A stretch of 58,826 nt of DNA, the filler included, from Jimgerdemannia flammicorona (taxonomy: Eukaryota), in the NCBI GenBank assembly GCA_003990765.1. It is 3 parts of 3 records of this genome, joined end to end, with 100 filler letters (N's around TTAATTAATTAA, not from the genome) between each part and the next. Parts side by side here need not be neighbours in the genome. Positions count along the whole stretch, not along the records: positions 1 to 19,545 come from RBNJ01001915.1; positions 19,646 to 39,190 come from RBNJ01001916.1; 1 more part is not named here. One strand, written 5' to 3'. Below the pieces are notes generated by a model, which worked only from the letters and a program-made list of their open reading frames with translations, was not told the origin of the DNA and made no database searches. Shown here piece by piece: positions 12,119 through 25,774 of this stretch. The translations under genes were made by a program, and so were the position numbers. Position 1 is the stretch's first letter; each line of letters begins with the position of its first letter.

Positions 12119-14675
12119 TTAGTGGTCTAAGCTCCACTAAGACTTCAGACACATATATGCCCAGATTGTCTCAGCATTCAATATATATCTCTTTGGAGCA
12201 ACAAGGTCTACCCCATCTGAGAATACTCACTCAATGGGAGTACTGGAGGCAGGAATCACCAGGTAGTCCTGAGCTATATCACACAGGCTAGAGAAGTCTG
12301 TTTGATGCAGCTATATGCTCTGGTGAATAGAGCAGTAATTAGATTGATGGGTTAAATTGGCCCAATACTTGTCTGATAACCTACCTTCTACCAGTTGAGC
12401 ATCTCTATACCCTTTAGCAGGATCACATGGTTACTGGTGAGGTAAATGGTAAGTTTGTCTATTGATAGCAGCTCTTCCACTGATGGCTCTCTCTTCCTCT
12501 TTCTACTGAAGTAAATATAAGACAGGAGAGATCCCTCAGTATATTCATCTGGACTTTAGCTTGAACCTTGTAGTAGCACATAGTTTTTCCAGTATACTTT
12601 AATTATGGCCTGATTGGTTCTCTCAATAAAGTGCTGCTCCCAGCTCTGATCTTTATGATATTGTAGCTTTAAGTATAGGTCTAGTACTATTTGAAAAAAA
12701 GAGAGTAAGTTTTTGTAAGAGTTTCTCTATTTTGGAAGAGGCAATGGTCACATGCTGACATATCTATACTGATTGAGTATACAGTGGTATCTATTTTGGA
12801 GTAGTATTTTCTGAGCTTACTTAGAGCAATCTCTATGGCATCTCTCTGATTCGGGCTTAACCGTAAATTACTGCAACCCTCCAGCCTATCCTTGAGCTTA
12901 TTCTCTAGCCAGTCAATCAGAAGGTTATATACTGATATTGCAGAGCTTATTGTTGGAGTTATTTGTTTGACTATATTCTTCATACAATTGTCAAAACCTG
13001 GCAGTTATATGTAGTGAGATATTGTATTATGTGAAGGTAGACAAAACAAGTGTAAAGTCAGAACAATCACCACTTACTTTCAAAACTCTGACAATATTCC
13101 TAAGTATGTCCCACTCACTTTCACCTAGAGCCTTGCCCATATTTCCTTATCAGTAACCACTATTAAATCTATTGGCTTTTTTTGTTTTTTATTTTTTGTT
13201 TTTTAAAAAAAAAACTTTAATTATCAAAAATAAGTTACTTCAGCCAACTAAAGAAAAAAGAATGTATACCATAGCAAACTCCAGCATGCACTGGATTATT
13301 GCAAATGTTGAGTTCCAATATATACAGATATCTAATATAAACTCTTTCAGGGCTAAACTGATTACTCTATACTGTATAGTAAATTTGTCTCATTATTGTG
13401 GAGATGATTGAACCAATACAACCAGTTTGTACAGCTTGGAAATTATACTCAGGGCCCCTTCTCTCTTGGATGTTTTGTCTATATGTATAAGATAGTTCTG
13501 AATAGCAAGATTCAGTATGTGGGCCTGATATTGTATATAGCAGCTTTCTGTATTAAATGCCATATTTTCCTATTTGAGACTGGCTGCTAAAACTTGGAAA
13601 AATATTGAGTTGTTTGTGGTATTGTCTGTCATAATGGCCAAAATCTGTACTTGAAATATTTGGTCAGTAAATTTATGTAAAAATAAATAACCAATAAAAT
13701 CTGTTTTGTTTTAGAACCTCTCTCAAAATACTGACCTGATGGCAAGCCCTCCTTTTTTATCTTGGTTGTGATTCCAAGCTCCTAGATACAACTAATAAAG
13801 TATCTGTGATGTTGTCTTCAGAATGAGGGCCAGCAAGTTTGACAAAGTCAAGGGTGAGAGATTTAAGCTATCAATTGAGGTCAATCTAATAACTAGTAAT
13901 ATCCAGAAACAAAATTACATTGAGGGATGTCTATATGTCAATCATAAATGAAATTTTGCCTGCTGAATTCTACTTATTGAATGTGAGGTTAAATTGGTGA
14001 GCTCTTTATAAAAATATATATATAATTCAGCTTGCAAAGGTCATAGTACTGCCCTTATTTTATCTGAGGTATCTGGTAGAAATTGTCATATTCTTTCCTA
14101 TAGGCCTCCAGGACATCTTTGCAAATAGTATCAGTACTTGGTAAATATAAATCATACTTAAGAAGGCTAAAGATGCTATGCAATTGATCACTCTCAATGG
14201 TTGTGAATGGCTGGTCTGTATATATAATCTAGTAAATAAGCTGATTTCTAAATTCTACCAAAGAGTATGGCTAAATATTTTTGATTAAATGAAGTTATTA
14301 ATATAGAAATGGTCAGGCAATCAGATAAACATACCCACTATAGCTTGGATATTGATTTTATTTATCTTCATATTCTTTTTGATTTTATTAGAGTACTTGT
14401 CTTTTATGTGTTAATATATGTTTAAAGTTATATCACTAAGTATTTTGAACTTCTGGCTGATACAGTTTATGAGAGTAGATAAAATAGTATCATGTATATG
14501 TCAAACAAAACTTAATTTTTTACCTATAATAATTACAAACAACATTATCTTCTATCTTACTACAATGTTACCAGATTTCAGAGTAAGGATTGTATAAAAG
14601 GTGTAGAACTATCAGGGATATTTGACTTGAAGCATCATCAGTACTGTGAACTATTGAAGACTGATCTGTTGATAT
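12119..14675 (-). pseudogene. hAT transposase, intron-containing, inactivated
   Basis: Reverse complement of the transposase at 51210-53832. ORF 12687-12983(-) TPTISSAISVYNLLIDWLE...KLRKYY. Dimerisation-domain remnant at ~12170-12300. Confidence 0.85.
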
Positions 14676-14682
14676 ATGTGTT

Positions 14683-14724
<42 letters not shown>

Positions 14725-14728
<4 letters not shown>

Positions 14729-17700
14729 AAAGTCACTTGAACTCTGCTATTTATTACCTGTCTATTAATAATTTTACAGTTTATCCATGTACTACCCAAT
14801 TCCCATAGGAGTACCACTGCTCCTATGTACATGAACAAAGACCACTTTTGCACCCACTACCCCAACCCTCCCCCCACTCTGCCTACAGATTTGTTCTACC
14901 AAATGACACCTTCGACCCCCCTTCAACCCCCAACCCAGCCACCAGCCCATCAAGGTATCTTCCATAAGACTACACCACCTCATCAGTCTGACCTCAGAAC
15001 TAAGTTTCCTCTCATCCTCAAAAACAAATAGCCAGTAACTGGCCAGCCCCACCCAAATGGCCAAAGCCCACCCTAACGTCAGCCATTCCTTCCCCACCCC
15101 CCCCTCCAGTCTACCCCTCAAATCCTTCCAATGCCCCTGTACATTAGCTCTCCTGCACATGACTCCCAGATAATCTCCAATGTTCTGCCAAAAGGTGCTA
15201 AGTACCTTATACTCTTCTAGCCAATGTTCAGGCATCTGTACATATCTCTCTTCCTGCCCCACATTATAACACTCTTCATAGTCAAAGCAGCCTCCCTCGA
15301 TAAGGTGACTGGAGTGGAAGTTGAGCATAACATTTCGCCTCAGCACACACCACCAGACCACCCAGTACTTCGGCAGCAACCATCTCCTCACTTTGGCACT
15401 CCAGGCCCATATGCTATGCCAGTCCCACTCCTTACCGATTCCTACACCCTGCCAACTGCTAGGCCACAGATCCTGGCCTGGTCTCCGCTGGCATTTGATC
15501 CCATCACCAATGTTAAACTTAAGTAAGGGAATGCCACCAAGTAATACTCGGTCCCATCGCCACATCGCTGGGTCCCAAGCCTCCTCCTCTTCATTTCTCT
15601 GCCACCTAATTCCAATGCAGCATACTCCCTCTGCCACTCTCCACTAGAAGCCTTTGTACCATAATCATCCAGAGTTCTGAAGGCCCACAAGTGCTAGGAG
15701 ATCACCTGTCAAACCTCTCAGAGAGGTCCTCATCTCTCAGACCTTCTGCAGTAGGAGAACCCAACCACCCCCTCTCAACTCCACTGCTCTCTTCAGCCAC
15801 CAAGCTCTTAAGCAGTGTAGCCTCTTAGGAAAGTCGACCAGCCCAAGTCCCCCACTTGCCACTGGTAAGAACAGGACCTCCCAGTTGATCTGACTCTGCC
15901 TTCTAGCCCAGATCCACCCCTTGGCCAGCTTCATCAATCGCTTCACCACCCAAGCTAGGAAGTCTAGATGATAAGCCAGATACCATACCTTTGGTAGCCA
16001 ATAGATGTTCAGAATGGAAATGCATCCTGCCAGAGACAATTGCCAGCCCCCCCAGCTCTGCAGGGCCTCCTCCCAAATACTAACCCTCTGCTCTCACCAA
16101 AGTCTGGGTAGAACCGACCCATATACTGACAGATAGATACTCAAGTACCATACTGCCTCACTAGCAGGGACAATCATACCAATAATCTCCCCTCTCACTA
16201 GACCATTGCCTAATACCATTATTTTGCACTTATGCCAATTAAGCCTAGCCCCAGAGTTCACCTCATACTACTCTACTATTTCCTTGAGCTTCTTCACATC
16301 CGAAACTGATCTCAGACTGACCACCATATCATCTGCAAATGCCCCTACTTTCCATCTGATGCCGAAGATAGAGAGCCCTACTATCTTCTGCCTAATTCTG
16401 TCCATGAAGGGCTTCAGAGACAAAGCATACAAAATAAGGGACAGGGGGTCTCCTTGGGGCACTCCCCTACCCAGGGGAAATGCTACCCCTCTATATTCAT
16501 TACACATGAGTGCCACCCTACTCCCTTCCAGTAGGCTGACCATAGTGGTCCTGAACGGTTACAGGACCCCAATCCTGTCCAAAACTTTTACCAACCAGAC
16601 CTGTCGCACTCTGTCATAGGCCTTCTCCTGGTCCAAAAAGACCAGATGCCTATCTAGTCCACTGGCTCATGCCCCTTCAATAACACCATGTACCCATGCT
16701 GTACCATCCCTGATAAGCCTGCCTCCAACAAAGCTCCACTGCTCCTCACCCAAGACTTGCTGGGCCACCATTTGCAATCTTGCAACCACCACTTTGGTAA
16801 CCAACTTTCTATCTATATCCAGTAACATAATTGGCCTCCAGTTCTTTCAGTTCTCTCGGCTTCTCTTGTTCTTATAAAGCAATGTCACCAACCTGAGATC
16901 CTGTTCTCCTACCCATCTCTCTGTCTATAGAACCCAATCACACAGTGCCATCATCTCTCTCACTATTCCAGGGACTCCCACCATCCTTTTCCAGAAGTCC
17001 CAGGGCAGACCATCCTCTCCAGATGCTGTACTCAAGGTTGTTGTGGCAAGAACCTGATGGATCTCCTCCTCTAGCACTGGCAGTACTAAGTCATCCAACC
17101 CAGCTGCTCGAGTAAAGTACCAATCCTCCAAAGCTTGATCAATGTCCTCAGCACCTGCCCCACCCTCCTCCTCACTCCACAATCCACTCCAGTGCTCCTT
17201 TAACAATCCAAGAATGTCTTGCACCCCATGCACCAATGAACCATCAGCATTAAGCACCCCCTCCTACCTTTGCTGTACCCTTCTCACCTGAAGAGCCCTT
17301 GTAAGGAACTTCGAGAGCCACTCTCCTTCCTTCAGCCCCTGCCAATAAAGCTGTGCTGTCAGACCCTGGACCCTTGCCTCTTCTTCATTCCACAGCACCT
17401 ATTGTAGTTCAGCCACCTCCATTTGTAGCCTTGTCAATTGCCAGTCCTCCTCTCCCTCCAATGTCACCAGTCTTGCCCAGTCCTCCAAGAGTCTAGATAA
17501 TCTATATGATGCCCACTGCACCCGCCACCTCCTCTGTCTCCCCACCTCCATACCAGCCTCACTCCAGAAGGCTCTGGCCTTCTTCTTCATCCTTATCCAC
17601 CGAATATCAACTGTCATACCTCCCTACCTTCAACACTCTACCTGTATTTGAATGTCTTTGGCCCATTTACCCCACAGGACCTTATCATCTAATAGGGAGG

Positions 17701-19545
17701 AATTGAGACACCAATGTCCAGGCCCATCCCCACTTCCCCCAAAATGACCCTGCCCCAAAAGCCCCCAATAATCTGACCAAGGGCACCATTCTACCTCCAG
17801 TAACTTCCAAATATCCAGACCCCAGCAGCTGGCTGTCAGAATCCAATCAATCCTTGTCCCCAGGCCTCCAGCCCAGTGTGTGTATACCCTCCTATTCCCC
17901 CAATATTCCCTACCCACATCCACCAGAGCACTAAGTTTTTCCACTTCCTCCTATGCCACCAGTCTCCCACACCACCCCACAGCACCTCATCCCCCATCAG
18001 TTCTATCTCTCAATATATCTTGGACCATATTGAAGTCCCCACCAAGCATATCTACCCCAGCCTTCACAAGAATCTCACTCTTCTATAGGTCTGTCACTCA
18101 ATTCACCCACTTGCCCTGTACTGTAGGGCAGTAACAGGAGCCCACTGTAACTGGCTCCCAACCTGCACATATCCACTCTCTCCAGACCAATCTATCCCCC
18201 CAGCTCTGCACATCCCATATCTCCCCTCTGCCCTTCCATACCAGAATTCCAACCTTGCCCTTCCAAACTGCCTCACCTCCCCACTCCTTCATCCATTCCA
18301 GTCTATCCAAGTCATCCTCACACCTGATATCCTATAAGAGGAAGAGATCAGTCTCCAATCTCTTCAGCCAAGTAAAAATGTTCTTATGTTGATAAGTGCC
18401 CTGTAACCCATTCACATTTAAAGAAAAAATGTTGGTTATACTATTCATAAGAGTAATTATATAGTTTCAGATGCGACCCCTACTGCTCCATATCCACTTC
18501 CTCCTGTGCCCTATCTAGGTTATGCTCAGCAATAGCTTCTGCCTCCTCAGTCCTCTTAGCCTCCAATTCAGCCAGGATTTCCACCATCTCCCCATCCTCC
18601 TTTTCCTCAAACTCCTTGTGGTACTCCAAACAAACCTCCTGCCAGAGCTGCAGTCCATGCCTCTTAGTTCAACAGTGAACAGCCCACTCACCCGCCACAA
18701 CTGCCAGAGCAGCTTCCCTCTCCTTATCTATCTCATACCCCTCCTCCTCTAAGTATACCGCCAGAATTTCTACCTTCAATGCTACCACCACTTCATCTCT
18801 TTGCAGGATTCTTGCCCAATGCTCATCACTCATCACTTGAAGGTCGACTTCCCCCAGCTCTTCTGCTACTAAGTTGTTCATCATCCAGCATACCCAGAGC
18901 AAGTTTCTCACCTCCTTCCCTCCTGGAGTTACTGGCCTCCTGCTATCCAATATCGTAGTATCTGCCCCTATACTCACTGACTCATTCCATTCCTCCTCCA
19001 GGACATCCACCAATTTCTCTTCCCTAGTCGCCTCTACCAATCCCCTCTTCTCTACATTTGGGACTCCAAAGTGCACCTGCTGAGTACTGTACATTGGTAC
19101 ATTCTCCATCACTCTACCTTTCGCTGCTGGACTCCTTCTGATAAGGGGAGAGGGAGAAGGTGAAGCCTCCCAAGTTTCCTCCCAAACCTCAAGTGTGCCA
19201 TCTTTATATAGATTCTTGCTCGGTACCTTCATGGCCTCTACCTGCTCCCCCTCCTCATTCTGTCTACTACTAGCAGCCCAGACACTCACCTCTGCACCTC
19301 TAGCGGTTGCACCATCACTTGCCTTCCTCGTCGCCTCTGCCCCCATTTTCACCAACAATTCCCTCTGCCTTCTGTGCCCTTGGGACCTCTCCCACACCTC
19401 CTTGTTGATGCGGACTCACTTTCCTCCAACCACCTCAAGATGCGTCACCATCTCGAATGTCTTCCATGCTTTCGCCCTCCTCTCAACTGCCCCACTCAAC
19501 TCCTCTAGTACTTCCAGCAAATCCTCCTCCTTCTCCTCTTTTTTT
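14725..19545 (-). mobile_element. L1-clade-like LINE (ORF1 C-terminal part, ORF2 ~18448-14792, 3' end), cut by assembly gap
   Basis: APE motifs (NIFSLNVNGL, TRIDWIL, WSD), RT motifs (GVPQGDPLS, WKVGAFADD), C-terminal C..C..EHW. Confidence 0.9.
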
Positions 19546-19645
19546 NNNNNNNNNNNNNNNNNNNNNNNNNNNNNNNNNNNNNNNNNNNNTTAATTAATTA
19601 ANNNNNNNNNNNNNNNNNNNNNNNNNNNNNNNNNNNNNNNNNNNN
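19546..19645. other. Artificial contig-joining linker
   Basis: N44-TTAATTAATTAA-N44, exactly 100 bp, with stops in all six frames; identical copy at 39191. Confidence 0.95.
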
Positions 19646-21990
19646 TTTTATAGTCACTTAGACTTCCTTCCTTTATTACACCCATCTATCCCATATAAAT
19701 ACAGTAATCCCACCCCCTATCTGATCTCCCTAGGGGGGCTCCCCCCCCCTACTCCTACTCAATGAAAGACCACTTTGTCTAACACAATCCCCACTCTCCC
19801 ACTACTCTGCTCACAGATCCTTGCTACCAAACTGTGACATTGCCCCCCCTGAGGACTCCAATCCACCCACCATCCAGTCAGCAGATCCCCCAACAGCTCC
19901 TCCCACCTTAGTACCTTCTCCTGCTGCCCTATCCACCTCCTCTCCTTAAATACAAAAAGCCAATGGCCTGCCAGTCCTACCCATACAGCTAATACCCACC
20001 CTATAGTGAGCCAACTATCACCCACCCTATCCACTAGCCTAGATCTCAAGTCCTTTCAGCAGCCCCCTTCCCCCGCTGGCCATCGCTCCACACTCAGTCT
20101 ATCCCCTATTTCTACCCAAAAGTCCTCCAAAACCTCACACTCTCCCAACCAATGTTCTGGCATCTGCACAAGACCCCCAGCCTGCCCTACATTGTAACAC
20201 TCCTCACAATCGAAACAGCCACCATCCATCAGATACCCAGTGTGGAAATTCAACATGACATTTTTTCACAGTATATGCCACCATACCACCCAGAACTTGG
20301 GAGGAAGCCACCTCCTCACCTCAGCACTCCATGACCAGATACTTGCCCAGTCCCACTCCTCGCTAATCCCTACTGCCTGCCAGCCACTTGGCCAAAGATC
20401 CTGGCCAAGACCCTACTGATACTCCACCCTATCTGCTATATCAAAAGTAGCAAGTGGAGCACTTCCCAGAAGCAGTCTATCCTATCACCACATATCAGGC
20501 CCCCATACCACCTCCCCCTCATTGCCTTGCCAGCGCAGACCAATTCGGTGTGCTCCATCTACCACTTCCCACCAAAAGCCCTTGAACTGCAGCTGCCAAT
20601 TTCTATTCAGCTCTACCAAAGAGAGCAGATCTCTGGAGGACCCTCGAGGGGAGGTTCTCATCTCCCACACCTTCTGCAGCAGAGGCACCCAACCCCCACC
20701 CTGTAGTTCAGCAGCTCTCTTCAACTACCAAGCTTACAAGCAGAGCAGCCTCTTAGGGAAATCCACAAGGCCAAGACCTCCCCTGACCACCAGTGTTGCA
20801 AGAGTATCCCAACTGACCTGGGACCTCCTCCCTGCCCAAATCCAATCCCTAGCCACCTTCATCAGCCTCTTCACCACCTATGCTGGGAAGTCGAGGTGAT
20901 AGGCCACGTACCACAGCTTGGAGAACCAGTATACATTCAGGATTGACACCTGCCCTACCAGAGAGATGTGGCAGCCTCCCCAACTTCGAAGGGCCTCCCC
21001 CCAAATAGTTACCCTGCTCTCCCACCACACTCATGGCAAGACAGAACTATATATAGAAAGGAAGATGCCCAGATACTGCACCACCTCACCAGTAGGGACA
21101 ATTGTTCCAATGACATCCCCACCCACTAGCCCATTCCCAAGCACTATTGTCTCACACTTATGTCAGTTGAGCTTTACCCCAGAGTGAGCCTCATACCATT
21201 CCACTGTCTCCTTAAGTACCTTGACATCTGCCACAGACCCAAGTCCAACCACCATATCATCAGCAAAGGCCCCCACCTTCCACACTATATCATATATAGA
21301 GAGCCCTGCCACCTTCCGGCAAATCCTATCCATCAACAGCTCCAGCAAAAGAACATAGAGAATAGGGAACAACAGGTCCCTCTGAGGAACTCCTCTTCCC
21401 AAGGAGAATGCCAGACCATGGTGTCCATTACACATCAGCACTGCTCGATTACTCTCTAGCAGATTCAACATAGAGGCCTGAAATCTTGAGGGAATACCAA
21501 TTTGATCCAATGCCTTGCCCAGCCAAACTCTCCTTATACGGTCATAGGCCTTCTCCTGGTCCAAAAAAACCAACCTCCTATCCAGTCCACAGGCCCTGGC
21601 CCCTTCAATGACACCATGTATCCATGCAGTCCCATCTCTTATAAGTCTGCCCCAACAAAGTCCTGCTGCTCCTCCCCCAGCACCTGTTGGGCAACTTTCT
21701 GCAGCCTCATGACAATCACCTTAGTCACCATCTTCCTATCCATATCCAGAAGTATGGTCAGTCTCCAGTTCTTCCAGTCTTCCCTCCTCCCCTTATCTTT
21801 GTACAATAAGACCACCAGCCCAAGGTCCTGCTCTCTAACCCACTCACCACTCTGAAGAATATGGTCACAGAGAGTAGCCATCTCACCCAAAACTCCGGGG
21901 ACCTTAACCATCTTCTTTCAGAAGTTCTATGGCAATCCATCCTCCCCTGGTGCCATTCCAAGTTTAGTTGCTGCAAGGATACTCTGGATC

Positions 21991-21996
<6 letters not shown>
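19646..21996 (-). mobile_element. LINE 3' half (RT to 3' UTR), second subfamily
   Basis: FLDQEKAYDRI, GVPQ, WKVGAFADD in ORF 21163-21573(-). 3' UTR matches 31520-31640. Confidence 0.88.
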
Positions 21997-22035
<39 letters not shown>

Positions 22036-22091
22036 GTCACTTGGACTCCACCTTTATTACTCTATGAATAAGTATACAACATCACCACCCA

Positions 22092-25000
22092 CTACCCAAT
22101 CCCCATAGGGGGGCCCCTCCCCACCTCCTTATGAATAAAAATCACCCTTTCACTAACTACTCTAACTCTCCCCCCACTCTGCCCACAAATTTTCTCTACT
22201 AAGCAGCGCCTCCGACCACCCTGCAGCCCCCAACCCAGCCACCAGCCTGTTAAGGTGTCTTCCATAAGCCTATGCCATTGCAACAACCGGTCTTCCAAGC
22301 CCTATCTCCTCCCATCCTCAAAAACAAATAGCCAATGACTGGCCAGCCCCACCCAAATAGCCAAAGCCCAACCCAAAGTAAGCCACTCCTTCCCTATCCC
22401 TCCTACCAATCTATCTCTCAAGTCCTCCCACCTCTCCCATACTTCATCTCCCCGATGCTGTACCTCCAAACGTTCCCCAATTGTCTACCAAAAATCTCCC
22501 AACACCTCACACTCTCCTAGCCAATATTCAGGCATCTGTATATAACCCCCCTCCTGCCCTACATTATGGCACTCCTTACAGTTGAAGCAACCCCCTATGA
22601 CAAGATACCCCGAGCGAAAGTTGAGCATAACATTCCTCTACAGCATGCGCCACCAGACCACCCAGTACTTTGGTGGTATCCACATTCTCACTACAGCACT
22701 TCAGGTCCAAACACCATACCAATTCCACTCTTTGCCAATTCCAACTCCTTGCCACCCTCTAGGCCACAGATCCTGGCCTGGTCCCCTTTGGCATTTCAAT
22801 CCATCCCCAATGTCGAACTCAATTAAAGGAGCACCACCCAGCAGTATACGATCTCATCTCCACATAGCCAGGTCCCAGTCCTCCTCTCCTTCATTCCCCT
22901 GGTAATGAATACTAATGCAGTGCACCCCTTTTGCAATCCCCCACCAAAATCCTTTATATCGCAGTTGTTCAGTGTTCTGAAGTCCAACCAATGAGAGGAG
23001 ATCACCAGTTGAGCCCCTTGGCGATGACCGCCTCTCCCAGATCTTCTGTAGCAGAGGAACCCAACCACCTCCTCTCAATTTCACTGCCCTTCTTAGCCAC
23101 CATGCTCTCAAGCAGTGTAACCATTTTGGAAAATCAACCAGCCCAAGACCACCTCATGCCACTGGTAGGGACAAGGTCTCCCAACCAATCTGACTCCATC
23201 TGCCAGCCCAAATCTATCCCTTCGCTAACTTTACTAATCTCTTCACCACTCAGGCTGGGAAGTCCAGATGATATGCCAGGTACCACAGCTTCAGCAGCCA
23301 GTAGATATTCAAAATCAAGACCTGCTCTGCCAGAGAAAATTGTCTTCCCCCCCAACTCCACAGGGCCTCCTCCCAGATTCCAATCCTCTGCTCCCACCAA
23401 AGCCTGGGCAGAACTGACCCATAGACTGCAAATATATGCCTAAATACTGCACCGCTTCACTGGTGGGGATGATTGTTCCTATCACTTTCCCTCCCACCAT
23501 GCCGTTGCCTAGCACCATTGTTTCACACTTATGCCAATTCAGCTTAGCTCCAGAGTTCTCCTCATACCACTTGACAGTCTTCTTGAGCTCTTCCACATCA
23601 GCAATCGACCTCAAACCCACTACCATGTCATCTGCAAAGGCCCCAACTTTCCATCCAATGCCAAAGACAGAGAGCCCTGCTATCCTCCTCTGAATTCTGT
23701 CCATCAGGGGTTCCAGGGAGAGAGCATACAAAATGGGGGACAGTGGATCCCCCTGGGGCACCCCCCTACCCAAGGGGAATGCTACCCCTCTATGTCCATT
23801 ACACATGAGTGCAGCCCTACTCCCTTCCAGTAGGCTGACCATTGCTGACCGGAATTGGTGTGGAACCCCCATTCTATCCAAAACTTTCACCAGCCAGACT
23901 CTTTGCACCCGGTCATATGCCTTCTCCTGGTCCAAGAAGACTAGATGCCCATCCAGTCCACAAGCTCTTACCCCTTCGATAATGCTATATACCCAGGCAG
24001 TGCCATCCCTGATGAGCCAACCACCCACAAATCCCCTCTGCTCAACACCCATGACTTGCTGGGCCACCTTCTGTAGTCTTGCCACCACCACCTTAGTTAC
24101 CAACTTTCTGTCCATATCTAGCAACATTATCGGCTGCCAGTTCTTCCAATCCTCCTGCCTTCCTTTGTTTTTATAAAACAGCATCACCAGCCCAAGGTCC
24201 TGCTCCCCCACCAACCTCCCTGTCTGTAGAATCAGGTCGCACAATGCCATCATCTCTCCCATTACCCCAGGGACTTCAACCATTCGCTTCCAAAAGTCCT
24301 AGAGACCATTCTCCCCAGGTGCCATACCTGGCATTGTCATGGCAAGAACCTGGTGGATCTCATCCTCCTGAACAGGCATTACCAGGTCACCTAGCCCCTC
24401 AACTTGTGGTGGGTGCCAATCCTCCAATGTTTGTTTAATGGTAGCAGCATCTGCCCCACCCTCTTCCTCACTCCACAATACACTCCATCTCTCCTTCAGT
24501 AATCCAAGAATGTCCTGCACACCATGCACCAGTCTACCATCTGAGTCCAGCACCCCTTCCCACCATTGCTGTACCTGCCTCGCCCTAAGGGCCCTTGTAA
24601 GGTACTTGGAAGGCCTCTCTCCTTCCTCCAGATCCTGTCAGCAAAGCCATGCCACCAAGCTCTGGACCCTTGCCTCTTCCTCTTCCCGCAGCACCTGTTG
24701 AAGTTCCCCAACCTTCATTTTCGCCCTCATTAACCTCCAATTGTCTTCTTCCTCCAATATCTTCAGCCTTGCCCACTCCTCCAAGAGCCTCATCAATCTA
24801 GTAGAGGCCCACCGTACTCTTTGCCTTCACTGCTTCCCTGCCTCCTTGCCAGCCTCACTCCAGTAAATCTTAGCCATCTCCTTCATCCTCATCCACCAAG
24901 TCCCAACTGAGGCCCCTTCTTGCCGCCAGTTCTCCACCCTCAGCTGAATGTCTTTAGCCCACTCATCCCACTAGGTCTTGTCATCTAACAAAGAGGAATT

Positions 25001-25744
25001 GAGGCACCAATGTCCAGGCCCATCCCCACTTCCCCCAAAGCACCCCTGTCCCAAAAGTCCCCAGTGATCCAACCATGGACACCATTCTACCTCCAATAAC
25101 TTCTAAACATCAAGGCCCTAGCAGCTGGCTGTCAAAACCCAGTCGATTCTTGTCCCCAGACCCCCTGCCCAATGTGTATAAACCCTTCTATTCCCCCAGC
25201 ACTCCCTGCCAGCATCTACTAGTGCACTTAGTCATTCTACTTCCTCCCATGCCACCAGTCCTCCACTCCTGCTCTCAGCACCTTGTCCTCTATCTGTCCT
25301 ATCCAACAGTATGTCCCGAACCATATTGAAATCTCCCCCAAGTATATCCACTCCTACCTCCGCAAGTATCCCACTCTCCTGTAAGCCTTTCACCCAATCT
25401 ACTCTCTCACCCCGTACCATGGGGCAATAGCAGGAGCCAACTGTAACTGGCTCCCAGCCTGCCCGAATCCACTTACCCCAGACCAGCCTCTCCCCCCAGC
25501 TCTTCACCTCCTGTATCTCCCCTCTGCCTTTCCGAACCAAAATCCCAACCTTGTCCTTCCAAATCGCCACACCTCTCCATTCCTTTATCCATTCCATCCA
25601 ATCAGAATCATCTTCATACCGGACATCCTGCAAGAGGAAGAGATCGGCCTCCAATCCTTTCATCCAAGTAAAAATGTTCCTACATCAAGTAGTGCCCCAT
25701 AACCCATTCACGTTTAAAGAAAAAATGTTGGTTGTACTGTTCAT
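22092..25744 (-). pseudogene. LINE ORF2 (APE endonuclease + reverse transcriptase + Cys/His C-terminus)
   Basis: MNSTTNIFSLNVNGL, DLFLLQD, GGDFN, SDH, PGENGL, WQPIMLLDMDRK, FLDQEKAYDRV, GVPQGDPLSPILY, FADD; several stops and frameshifts. Confidence 0.92.
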
Positions 25745-25774
25745 ATTGGAAGATGTTATGCTGTCAATCAATCT

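Larger units (their letters stand above)
8657..14724 (-). mobile_element. hAT DNA transposon copy 1 (inverted paralogue of 50797-57186), one end lost at a LINE junction
   Basis: Starts TAGTGCTCTGAAT (TIR). Collinear reverse complement of ~51200-57186. Ends in a (TA)n run abutting a LINE 3' end. Confidence 0.9.

Noticed and set aside
19546..19645. Palindromic TTAATTAATTAA flanked by Ns (also 39191-39290) as a biological motif
   Set aside because: Exact 100-bp scaffolding linker with six-frame stops. Adjacency across it is not evidence of real linkage.
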